From: an uncultured Planctomycetota bacterium
GTDB taxonomy: Bacteria > Planctomycetota > GCA-002687715 > CAIWVZ01
Direction: 5' to 3'
NCBI GenBank assembly: GCA_903916245.1
Contig: CAIWVZ010000064.1
Span: forward strand, 1 to 61,510
DNA: 61,510 bases
In this document: positions 20,209 to 28,889 of the stretch, in pieces
Position numbering within the stretch: position 1 is the first letter of the stretch
Layout: every line of letters begins with the position of its first letter
Translations under genes and position numbers: made by a program
Notes under the pieces: model-generated
Database searches by the model: none
What the model saw: only the letters and a program-made list of their open reading frames with translations
What the model was told of the DNA's origin: nothing

Positions 20209-21108
20209 TCAGCGGAACGATTGCCACACGGCACGGGCGAGCATCCCCGTACCGACGATCGTGAGGATACCGCCCATGATGCGGGCCTTCGTCGCGGAGC
20301 CGATGCGGGAAGCGAGCCGGGCGGCACCGAGAGAGATGACCACCGCTCCGACCCCGAACGCGACGACGCGCGGGTCGAACGTGATCGACTTGTCGGCTTT
20401 TCCGAGCCAACTCGCCGTTGCGTTGACGGTGATCACGAGAAGCGACGCACCGACCGCCTTGTCGACGTGGATGCGGGCCCCGACGATCATGGCGGGAACG
20501 ATGATGAAGCCCCCGCCGATGCTGGTGACTCCCGTCAACGCACCCGCACCGATCGCGGCGAGGATCGTGCGCGCGAGCGACGGCGGCGGCTCGTCGAGGT
20601 CGATGACCTTCATCCCGAGTCGCGTCGACGCCCCGACGCCTTCGGGTTCGCCCGGTGCTTTCATGCCGAGTCGCGTCATGGGGCCGACGCCCGACGCCGA
20701 CGGCGACGGAGTACCGACGCGCGTCATGGAGGGACCCGCGGTGCGGCGGGCTTTCTGCAGCATGAGCGTGCCGGAAACGAGCATCGTCGCGGCGAGCAAC
20801 GCGATTTGGACGTCCGCCGGGAGCGGCCGTGACGCGAGACTGAACAGATAACTCGACAGGGCTCCCGCGCCGCCGAAGATCGCCGCGGCGCGGTAGTCGA
20901 CGTCGCCTTCGGCGATGCGGGGGATCCCGCCCGCGAACGCCGAGGCCGCGACCACGAGCAGCGATCCCGTCAGTGCCGATTTGTCGTCGAGTCCGACGCC
21001 GAGCGCGAGCAACGGCACGGCCAGCACCGAACCTCCTCCGCCGAGGAGCCCGAGCGCGAGTCCGACGATGCCTCCGAGGAGACCGCCGGCGACCAAGTCG
21101 AGGTTCAT
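20209..21108 (-). CDS. TauE/SafE (DUF81) family anion (sulfite-type) exporter
   Basis: 299 aa, two TM bundles. LLGGGGSVLAVPLL and GIGGGFIIVPAMI motifs. The central loop carries three (M/S)TR(V/L)G repeats. Confidence 0.8.
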   Translation of the reverse strand: MNLDLVAGGLLGGIVGLALGLLGGGGSVLAVPLLALGVGLDDKSALTGSLLVVAASAFAGGIPRIAEGDVDYRAAAIFGGAGALSSYLFSLASRPLPADVQIALLAATMLVSGTLMLQKARRTAGPSMTRVGTPSPSASGVGPMTRLGMKAPGEPEGVGASTRLGMKVIDLDEPPPSLARTILAAIGAGALTGVTSIGGGFIIVPAMIVGARIHVDKAVGASLLVITVNATASWLGKADKSITFDPRVVAFGVGAVVISLGAARLASRIGSATKARIMGGILTIVGTGMLARAVWQSFR

Positions 21109-21111
21109 CCG

Positions 21112-22443
21112 TCAGTCGGGCTTTCGCGTGGGGGCGGCGCAGGCGGAGGTCGTCGGGGCGGCACACGCCGAAGGCGCGGCCGACGCCGCACATGCGGAGG
21201 TCGAGCCCTTCGTGGCGCAGGCACCCGCCGTCGTCTCCGCGGCCACCTGATTCCACGGCATCTTGCCGAGGACGAGCGCCATGCCGCAGAAGCCCGAAAG
21301 CCCCGCGAAGAGAAGTCCGGCGCCGAGGAACATCGGAACGGCGACGAACGCCGGATTGACGAACGCGGTGAGCAGCGATCCGCCGAGAGCGAGAATTCCG
21401 ACCGTGATCTGCACTTGGCGGTCGAGAGACACGATCTTGCGACCCTTGATCACCGGGAGGGATGCCGTCGTCCACGCGCGCATGCCGCCGTCCATCACGC
21501 GGACTTCATGGCCCGCGGCGGCGAGAATCGGAGCCGCCATCGTCGCGCGGCTGCCCGACTGGCAGATGACGACGACTTCCGCACCCGCGGGAAGTTCTTT
21601 CGCACGTTCCTTCAGGACGTCGAGGGGAATGTTGATGGAATCCGCCACGCGGTCGCCGGCGAACTCGATCGGAGTGCGCACATCGAGCAGAACGACGGGG
21701 CGGTTGTCGGACTTGCGGCGTGTCACGTCGCCGACGGCGATGGGCGTCGGTTCTGAGACTTGGCCCATGTTGTAGCGGAGGATCGCCATCATGTTCGCGG
21801 GCGGTTCGGCGGTCCCGGAGAGTCGACGCGTCAGCGCCGAGCGGTCGTTTTCCGCGAAGAGGGGATTCGCCGATTTTTCCGCCGCGAGGGTCGACGTCGG
21901 TGCGGTGCCGTAGACGTGTCCGGGCATGACCGTCGTGTCGGCGGGGAGTGTTTCGAGGCGTCGGAAGGTGTCGAAGAGTTCCGAGGCGCTGCCGCCGGGA
22001 AAATCGACGCGTCCCGCCCCGCCGACGAACAAAGCATCGCCGGTGAACACGTGGCCGCCGACGACGATCGACACCGAGTCGGGCGTGTGACCTTGCGATT
22101 CGATGAAACGGATCGCGTCGTCGCCGAACGGGATCGGGCGAGCGACGTCGATGCGGGTGACCTTGCGGGTGGTCTTCGTCTTCGGGTGGGCGAGATGCGT
22201 CGCCCCCGTCTTTTCGGCGAGCAGATGCGCGCCGGTCAGGTGATCCGCATGCGTGTGCGTATCGACGACCCAGACGATGCGTGCACCGCGTTCGGAGGCG
22301 GCATCGACGACGGCGTCGACCTGATCGAGGCGCGGGTCGATCACGAGCGCCTGCTTCGTTCCCGACGCGACGACGAGGTACGCGCGGCAGCCTTCTTCGT
22401 GGGCGAACGTGACGACGTCGACGGCGGAGGTAGCGAGTTTCAT
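21112..22443 (-). CDS. MBL-fold persulfide-dioxygenase-like / rhodanese / DUF2892 (YgaP-like membrane) fusion protein
   Basis: N-terminal DTHTHADHLTG metallo-beta-lactamase motif. Middle rhodanese domain with VVICQSGSRA active-site loop. C-terminal two-TM DUF2892-like region. Cys-repeat tail GACATKGSTSACAASAAPSACAAPTTSACAAP. Confidence 0.8.
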   Translation of the reverse strand: MKLATSAVDVVTFAHEEGCRAYLVVASGTKQALVIDPRLDQVDAVVDAASERGARIVWVVDTHTHADHLTGAHLLAEKTGATHLAHPKTKTTRKVTRIDVARPIPFGDDAIRFIESQGHTPDSVSIVVGGHVFTGDALFVGGAGRVDFPGGSASELFDTFRRLETLPADTTVMPGHVYGTAPTSTLAAEKSANPLFAENDRSALTRRLSGTAEPPANMMAILRYNMGQVSEPTPIAVGDVTRRKSDNRPVVLLDVRTPIEFAGDRVADSINIPLDVLKERAKELPAGAEVVVICQSGSRATMAAPILAAAGHEVRVMDGGMRAWTTASLPVIKGRKIVSLDRQVQITVGILALGGSLLTAFVNPAFVAVPMFLGAGLLFAGLSGFCGMALVLGKMPWNQVAAETTAGACATKGSTSACAASAAPSACAAPTTSACAAPTRKPD

Positions 22444-22521
22444 GGCGGAGAACTCCGGGGCGATTCGCGATGCTTCCCTTGTTGAATTGTACGTGGGGCC
22501 GATGCCGCTTCCACGACGCGA

Positions 22522-23163
22522 TCAGGGACTTTCCGCGGCGCGCCAGAGGTACCACGACGCGACGCTTCGCCACGGCGACCACCGCTTCGCACCGTGTTCG
22601 AAGGTCGACGTCGCGGGGAGCTTCTTCATGCCGAAGGCGCGCATGAAACCCTTTCTCAGTCCGAAGTCGCCGAGTGCGCACACGTCGGGGCGACCGAGTC
22701 CGAACAACAGGAACATTTCCGCGGTCCACGGACCGATGCCGCGCGTCGCGGTGAGAAGTGCGACGATTTCCGCGTCGGGACGCGCGAGAAGGGCCGAAGC
22801 GCGCGGGATGTCGCCGCGGTCGATGCGTGACGCGAGGTCGCGCAGCGACGCGAGTTTCGCCGTCGAGACGCCGCAGGCCGAGATCGCGTCCGGATGCGTA
22901 TCCAAGAGGCGTCGCGCACTCGGAAAACGTCCACCTCCCGCCGCGCGTGCGACCCGGCGTCGAATGGTCTCGGCGGCCGCCGTCGAGATCTGCTGCGCGA
23001 GAACGGCGGCCGCGAGAGAACGGAAGACGTCCGGACGCGGGTTGATTTTTAGTCGACAGGGTCCGTGGACGTCGATCAGCCTCGCCATGGCCGGGCACGC
23101 CGCGGCGAGCCGACGTTCGGCGAGGCTGATGGTCGCGGGCGTCAGACGCTCGTCGGCGGTCAC
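22522..23163 (-). CDS. alkA: DNA-3-methyladenine glycosylase II (AlkA-like, HhH-GPD)
   Basis: GTG 23163 overlaps the upstream stop (GTGA). HhH-GPD stretch LTATRGIGPWTAEMFLLFGLGRPDVCALGDFGLRKG. Confidence 0.75.
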   Translation of the reverse strand: MTADERLTPATISLAERRLAAACPAMARLIDVHGPCRLKINPRPDVFRSLAAAVLAQQISTAAAETIRRRVARAAGGGRFPSARRLLDTHPDAISACGVSTAKLASLRDLASRIDRGDIPRASALLARPDAEIVALLTATRGIGPWTAEMFLLFGLGRPDVCALGDFGLRKGFMRAFGMKKLPATSTFEHGAKRWSPWRSVASWYLWRAAESP

Positions 23164-24488
23164 TTGAGCGAGAACGGGGCCCACGTCTTCGGAACGTCCG
23201 GAACGGCGGGGGATGCGGGCCACCAACGGCGGTCACCCGCTTTTTGTCCGCCGACGCCGAAGGCGATGCGGGCGCCCTTGTCGAGCCCGTCGGGGAAAAA
23301 GCGTTTGAGGTCGATCGAAAGTTCCGCGGTCCAACGCTTCGGATCGTCGGTCATCGCGTAGGCCATGACTCCGATGACGTTCGACTCTTCCCAACCTTTC
23401 GGGGATCCGTTCGAGACGATGAGCGGCTTTCTCGCCGAGTTCTTCGGGCTGAAACTCACCATGAACGACTTCGGTCCCGCGAGTCGCGGCGGATCCGCGT
23501 GGGCGTCGAGGAACACCATCACCTCGTTTTGCCGGACGTAGCGTTCGGGAACGTCGAAACCGATGTCGAGTCGTCCGTCCGCATGGGTCACGCGGACTTT
23601 CGTCGTTCCCGCGCTTCCGGGGATGTCGACGAAGAGACCTTCTCCGACTTCGGCGGCCCGTACGTCGCCGTCGAGGAGCACGGTGCGACAGCTCGGGATC
23701 GTCACGGGGTCCGGCACCGAGAGCGACGCGTCGAGCCATTCGACGAGCGACGTGTCGAACGTGCCCGACTTGCCGAAGAGCGCGGCGCCGCCCGACGCGG
23801 ACGTCGTCGGAAGGACGTGGACGAGGTCGTGTCCGAACGCATCCTTCCACGCGGCGACGCCGCGCGCCGCTTCGTCGATCGAACCCGTGACGAGCACGGC
23901 GCGCTTGCGGACGGTTTTCGCGACGGCGGCGGCACCGATGCCGCGGTCGTCGAGCGGTGGCGAGAGAAAGAGGAGAGCCTTCGGATGGTCCGCATGCGCG
24001 GCGGCGTGGACCAACGTCGTGAGGCAGCCGGTCCCCGCTCCGAGTACCGCGATTCGGGTGCGGGGGATCCCGAGTCCTTCGACGTGGCGGCACGCCGCTT
24101 CGACGTCCAAGGCCCCCGCCGAAAACGCCGCGGCGCCTTCGGTCGCGATCGGTTTCCCGTCCTTGTCCTTCGTCGAATCGCCGTGGCCGCGCGGATCGAG
24201 GGCGAAAACGCCGAAGCCGGCCTTCGACAACTTCGGAACGGCGAGTTCGAAGGCCCACCGCGAACCGCCGACGTTGGGGACGAGGATGACCGCGCCCTTC
24301 GTCGTGTCGAGACTGGACTTGGTCCACCCGCCGACGACGGGTTGGCCGTCCGCCGAGGTGAGGGTGGTTTTCACCGCCTGGGCGGCGGCGGGAAGGGCCA
24401 AGACCGCAGCCGAAAGCACGAGGAGCGCACCGTTCACGAACCTCGAGACCAGGCGTTGCGGGGACGGACGACGAAGAAGGGCGGCCAT
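23160..24488 (-). CDS. secreted two-domain protein: alpha/beta-hydrolase-fold N-terminal half plus unknown beta-rich C-terminal half
   Basis: Signal peptide LVLSAAVLALPAAAQA. VILVPNVGGS...FALDPRGHGDS. The nucleophile elbow position reads VLGAGTGC (no Ser). Confidence 0.5.
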   Translation of the reverse strand: MAALLRRPSPQRLVSRFVNGALLVLSAAVLALPAAAQAVKTTLTSADGQPVVGGWTKSSLDTTKGAVILVPNVGGSRWAFELAVPKLSKAGFGVFALDPRGHGDSTKDKDGKPIATEGAAAFSAGALDVEAACRHVEGLGIPRTRIAVLGAGTGCLTTLVHAAAHADHPKALLFLSPPLDDRGIGAAAVAKTVRKRAVLVTGSIDEAARGVAAWKDAFGHDLVHVLPTTSASGGAALFGKSGTFDTSLVEWLDASLSVPDPVTIPSCRTVLLDGDVRAAEVGEGLFVDIPGSAGTTKVRVTHADGRLDIGFDVPERYVRQNEVMVFLDAHADPPRLAGPKSFMVSFSPKNSARKPLIVSNGSPKGWEESNVIGVMAYAMTDDPKRWTAELSIDLKRFFPDGLDKGARIAFGVGGQKAGDRRWWPASPAVPDVPKTWAPFSLK

Positions 24489-24630
24489 GGACGGAGCGTA
24501 GCGTTTTCGGCAGATTCCCGCCGCTTTTCCGAGGCCTTCCGCGGGCGGTCACGAGGTTTAGGGCGACGGTCCCCGCTGCTAGTTTCTCGACCCCGGGCGG
24601 TGGTCGCCGACCGGCCTCCCGGAGACCCGC

Positions 24631-25812
24631 ATGCGTCGCGCCGTCATCACCCACGCCTTCCGCACCCCGATCGGCAAGTTCCTCGGACAGTGGTCGGATC
24701 TTTCGGCGGTGGAACTCGGCACGTCGATCGCGTCCGGGCTTCTCGCGAAGGCGGGCGTGCCGGCCTCCGACGTCGGCCTCACGATCTTCGGATGCGCGCG
24801 GCAGGCCGGCCTCGGTCCGAACCCGGCGCGGCAGGTGGCGATCCGGTCGGGGATCCCCGAAACGAGCCCCGCGTGGACGATCAACCTCGCCTGCGGCTCG
24901 GGCCTGTGGGCGATCGTGCAGGCGGCGCAGTCCATCGCCCTCGGCGACGCCGACGTCGTGCTCGCGGGCGGGATGGAAAACATGACCCGTGTCCCGTTCC
25001 TGCTTCCGCAACTGCGGAAGGGCTATCGCATGGGCCACGCGCCCGTCGTCGACGCCATGTACCAGGACGGGTTCAACTGCCCGTTGGCGGACCAGCCGAT
25101 GGGGGCGACCGCTGACACCTTGGCCCGTCAATACACGCTCTCGCGCGACGAGCAGGACGCCTACGCCTGTCGTTCGCACAACCGTTACGAAGCCGCGCAG
25201 ACGCGCGGCGCGTTCGCCGACGAGGTGCTGCCCCTCACCGTGAAATCGAAGGCAGGGCCCGTCTCCGTGACCGCCGACGAACATCCGCGGGCGGGGGCGT
25301 CGATCGCCGATTTCGCCAAACTTCCCCCGCATTTCGACCCGAAGGCGGGATTCGTGACGGCGGGCAACGCGTCGGGGATCGCCGACGGAGCCGCCGCGGT
25401 CCTGGTGATGTCGGAAGAAGCGGCGCGGGCACGCGGGCTCGAACCGCTCGCCGTCATCGAAGGGCATGCGATTTCGGGCGTGGACCCGAAGGTCATGGGT
25501 CTCGGTCCCGTGCCGTCGACCCGCGCGCTCATGAAGCGCGTCGGTCGTGAACTCGCGGCCTACGATTTGGTCGAACTCAACGAGGCGTTCGCCGCGCAAG
25601 TCCTCGCGTGCGATCGCGACCTCCGTATCGACCCGGACCGCTTGAACGTCAACGGTGGGTCGATCGCGATGGGGCACCCGATCGGCTGCAGCGGCGCGCG
25701 CATCGTCGCGACGTTGCTTCACGAACTCCGCCGTCGCGGGGGCAAACTCGGCCTTGCGACGTTGTGCATCTCCGGAGGACAGGGCATCGCCGTGTCCTTC
25801 GTCCGTTCCTGA
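24631..25812 (+). CDS. acetyl-CoA C-acetyltransferase (thiolase) paralog 2
   Basis: 393 aa. INLACGSGLWAI, NVNGGSIAMGHPIGCSG, GLATLCISGGQG. GGAG 7 nt upstream of the ATG. Confidence 0.9.
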   Translation: MRRAVITHAFRTPIGKFLGQWSDLSAVELGTSIASGLLAKAGVPASDVGLTIFGCARQAGLGPNPARQVAIRSGIPETSPAWTINLACGSGLWAIVQAAQSIALGDADVVLAGGMENMTRVPFLLPQLRKGYRMGHAPVVDAMYQDGFNCPLADQPMGATADTLARQYTLSRDEQDAYACRSHNRYEAAQTRGAFADEVLPLTVKSKAGPVSVTADEHPRAGASIADFAKLPPHFDPKAGFVTAGNASGIADGAAAVLVMSEEAARARGLEPLAVIEGHAISGVDPKVMGLGPVPSTRALMKRVGRELAAYDLVELNEAFAAQVLACDRDLRIDPDRLNVNGGSIAMGHPIGCSGARIVATLLHELRRRGGKLGLATLCISGGQGIAVSFVRS

Positions 25813-25830
25813 TAGGCGTCTTCCGAAGGT

Positions 25831-26844
25831 ATGCGCGCCATGACCACACTTCTCCGACTGATCCCGATCCTCGTCGTCCTCGCCGCCGGCGTCGCGCCGG
25901 CTCAGGATTCCGGAGCCCGCAAGGGGGTTTCGGTGGTGCTCGCCGCGGCACGCAGTTCCGTCGCGGACTTCGAGCCGATTCGGCTGAAGCTCATCGTCAC
26001 GAACGACGCGGCGTCTCCGTCGGTCACGTTCCGCCGCAGCGATCTGCAGCGTGAAAAGTGCGTCGTCGCGGCGGGCCCCGACCGCAAGGGCAAGTGGTCG
26101 GAGACGAAGAAGCCCGACGTGGACAACGACATCGTGCTCAACGTGGGCGAGTCGTTCACGATGATCCTCGAGGCACGTGTTCCGGGAGGCGTCACGCCCG
26201 AAGGGTCGTACGTCATGCTGCAGTGGGTCGGTGCGGGCCCGCTCGCCGGAGTGCGTTCGAACGAAGTCCCGGTCAACATGCGCAAGGCGACGAACCCTCT
26301 CGCCACCGTGGAAACGAACGAGGGTGTGATCGTGCTCGAACTCCTCCCGGAAAAGGCGCCGAATCACGTGGCGAACTTCATGGAACTCGCCGACAAGGGG
26401 TTCTACAACGGTCTCAAGTGGCACCGCATCGTGCCGGGGTTCGTCGTGCAGTCGGGATGCCCGAAGGGCGACGGCACGGGCGACGCGGGCTACAAGATCC
26501 CCGCCGAATTCAACGACACGCCGTTCTTGAAGGGCGTGGTCGGCATGGCCCGCGCGGAGGAGAACGACTCCGCCGGCTCGCAGTGGTTCATCTGCGTCGC
26601 CGATGCGCGCGGGCTCGACAATCAGTACACGGCTTTCGCCCGCGTCCTCGAAGGACAGGAGTTGGCCGACAGGATTTCGCAACTTCCGCAGAAGTCGGGG
26701 TCGGAAGAGCCCGCGGTCGACGCGCGGATCAAGCGGGTGGCGGTATCGCCGCCTCCGGGATGGACCCGGCCCGCGGTGCGTCGCGTCGGTGATCCGGCCT
26801 CGCGTCCGTCGGACGGGAAGCCTTCGAAGGAGAACGGCAAGTGA
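25831..26844 (+). CDS. secreted cyclophilin-type peptidyl-prolyl isomerase with N-terminal extra domain
   Basis: Signal peptide LLRLIPILVVLAAGVAPAQ. C-terminal half WHRIVPGFVVQSGCPKGDGTGD...GMARAEENDSAGSQWFI. Confidence 0.85.
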   Translation: MRAMTTLLRLIPILVVLAAGVAPAQDSGARKGVSVVLAAARSSVADFEPIRLKLIVTNDAASPSVTFRRSDLQREKCVVAAGPDRKGKWSETKKPDVDNDIVLNVGESFTMILEARVPGGVTPEGSYVMLQWVGAGPLAGVRSNEVPVNMRKATNPLATVETNEGVIVLELLPEKAPNHVANFMELADKGFYNGLKWHRIVPGFVVQSGCPKGDGTGDAGYKIPAEFNDTPFLKGVVGMARAEENDSAGSQWFICVADARGLDNQYTAFARVLEGQELADRISQLPQKSGSEEPAVDARIKRVAVSPPPGWTRPAVRRVGDPASRPSDGKPSKENGK

Positions 26845-27632
26845 CCTATCAAAACATCCTCGTCGACGGCTCGGGAGCCGTTCGCACGCTCGTCGTCAAC
26901 CGCCCCGCCAAACTCAACGCGTTGGATCGGGCGACGTTGCTCGAAATCCGTGCGGCGATGACCGCGGCGGTGGCGGATGCGTCGATCGGCGCGATGGTCG
27001 TGACCGGTGCGGAGACGGGCAAGAAGCCGTCGTTCGTCGCCGGTGCCGACATCGCCGCGATGAAAGCGATGTCCGCCATCGAACTTCGCGAGTTCGCGAC
27101 GCTCGGGCAGTCGACCTTCGACCTCATCGAACAGGCGCCGTTCCCCGTCATCGCGGCCGTAAACGGCTTCGCGCTCGGCGGTGGCTGCGAACTTTCGATG
27201 GCTTGCCACATCCGCCTCGCTTCGGAACACGCACTGTTCGGACAGCCGGAGATCAATCTCGGAATCATCCCGGGATTCGCGGGAAGCCAACGCCTTCCGC
27301 GCATCGTCGGTCGTTCGAAGGCGCTCGAAATGTTGCTCGGCGGCGATCCGATCAAGGCCGACGAAGCCCTTCGCATCGGCCTCGTGAGCACCGTGCTCCC
27401 CGCCGCCGAACTGCTTCCGAAGGCGATGGAACTCGCGGCGAAGTTCGCCGCCAAAGCTCCGGTCGCGCGACGTTACATCCTCGATTGCGTCGTCCGCGGC
27501 GCGTCGATGCCCTTCGCCGACGCGCAAAAAGTCGAAGCCGACCTGTTCGGTCTCGTCGGAGCGACCGAAGACGTTCGGGCCGGGCTCGGTGCGTTCCTCG
27601 ATCGCACCACCGCCGTTTGGCAGGGTCGCTGA
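26841..27632 (+). CDS. enoyl-CoA hydratase (crotonase family)
   Basis: 263 aa. VNRPAKLNALD, AAVNGFALGGGCELSMACHIRLAS, PEINLGIIPGFAGSQRLPR. GTGA overlap with the PPIase gene. Confidence 0.9.
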   Translation: MTYQNILVDGSGAVRTLVVNRPAKLNALDRATLLEIRAAMTAAVADASIGAMVVTGAETGKKPSFVAGADIAAMKAMSAIELREFATLGQSTFDLIEQAPFPVIAAVNGFALGGGCELSMACHIRLASEHALFGQPEINLGIIPGFAGSQRLPRIVGRSKALEMLLGGDPIKADEALRIGLVSTVLPAAELLPKAMELAAKFAAKAPVARRYILDCVVRGASMPFADAQKVEADLFGLVGATEDVRAGLGAFLDRTTAVWQGR

Positions 27633-27680
27633 ACCTCAACTTTCACCGCCCCCACGCGGGGCCTTCTGCAAGGATCCGTC

Positions 27681-28886
27681 ATGTCCCGTCCTGAAATCGT
27701 GATCGTCGGCGGCAAGCGAACCGCCATGGCCGAATACTGCGGAACCCCCGGCTTCGGTCTGTTCAAGGACCTGTCGGCCACCGACCTCGGAGGTCACGCG
27801 ATTCGTGCCGCTCTCGAAGACGCGGGAGTGAAGGCCGACGCCGTGGATCACGTCGTCATGGGCAACGCCATGCAGACGTCCGTCGACGCGCATTACGGCG
27901 GACGTCACGCGGCGCTGAAGGCGGGCATCCCGATGGCGACGCCCGCGTTGACCGTGAACCGCATCTGCGGATCGGGCATTCAAAGCGTGATCAACGCGGC
28001 CCACATGCTGATCGTGGGCGATGCGCGCATGACCGTCGCGGGCGGCATGGAGAACATGTCCCAAGCGCCGTTCTGCATCTACGGGAACGAGATGCGCGTC
28101 GGAATCCGCTTCGGCGTCCAGCCGAAGATGACCGACTACCTCTTCCAAGGACTTCACGACACCTACTGCAATTCCTTCATGGCGCAGACGGCGGAGAAGG
28201 GGGCTGCGCAGCACGGCGTGACCCGTGCGGACGCGGATGCCTACGCGCACCGCAGTCATCAACTCGGCGCGAAGGCGGTCGCCGCCGGGCGCTTCGAACG
28301 TGAAATCGCCCCGGTCAAGGTCAAGCAAGGCCGCACGGAAATCGCCGTGACGAAGGACGATCACATCAAACCCGAGACGACCCTCGAAGGGTTGGCCAAG
28401 TTGCGTCCCGCGTTCGGCGAGAACGGACTCGTGACCGCGGGCAACGCGTCGGGCATCGTCGACGGGGCCGCGGCTCTCGTCGTCACGACGCGCGGCGAGG
28501 CCGACGCGGCGGGCCTCCGAGTCCGTGCGCGCATTACGGGTTGGCACGTCGCGGGACTCGACCCGAGCATCATGGCGCTCGGTCCGATCCCGGCGACCGA
28601 GGGGCTCCTCGCGAAGACGGGGCTGTCGGTCAAGGACGTCGACCTCTTCGAAATCAACGAAGCGTTCGCTCCTCAGGCGGTCGCGTGCGCGAAGGCGCTC
28701 GGGATCGACATGGATCGCTTGAACGTCAACGGCGGCGCCGTGGCGCTCGGACACCCGCTCGGGGCGTCGGGCACGCGGTTGCTGCTCACGCTGGTCCACG
28801 AACTGGAACTCCGCGGTCTGAAGCGCGGGATCGCCACGGCGTGCATCGGCGGCGGACAGGGTATCGCGATGATGGTGGAGCGCTGA
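27681..28886 (+). CDS. acetyl-CoA C-acyltransferase (thiolase) paralog 3
   Basis: 401 aa. VNRICGSGIQSV, NVNGGAVALGHPLGASG, GIATACIGGGQG. Confidence 0.9.
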   Translation: MSRPEIVIVGGKRTAMAEYCGTPGFGLFKDLSATDLGGHAIRAALEDAGVKADAVDHVVMGNAMQTSVDAHYGGRHAALKAGIPMATPALTVNRICGSGIQSVINAAHMLIVGDARMTVAGGMENMSQAPFCIYGNEMRVGIRFGVQPKMTDYLFQGLHDTYCNSFMAQTAEKGAAQHGVTRADADAYAHRSHQLGAKAVAAGRFEREIAPVKVKQGRTEIAVTKDDHIKPETTLEGLAKLRPAFGENGLVTAGNASGIVDGAAALVVTTRGEADAAGLRVRARITGWHVAGLDPSIMALGPIPATEGLLAKTGLSVKDVDLFEINEAFAPQAVACAKALGIDMDRLNVNGGAVALGHPLGASGTRLLLTLVHELELRGLKRGIATACIGGGQGIAMMVER

Positions 28887-28889
28887 GTC

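Noticed and set aside
23233-26682. 1149-aa ORF on the minus strand, the longest in the window
   Set aside because: Its composition is dominated by Arg/Pro/Gly/Asp runs with no recognisable domain. It lies antisense to thiolase 2, the PPIase and the hydrolase genes, all of which have clear family motifs. It is a typical shadow ORF of GC-rich DNA.
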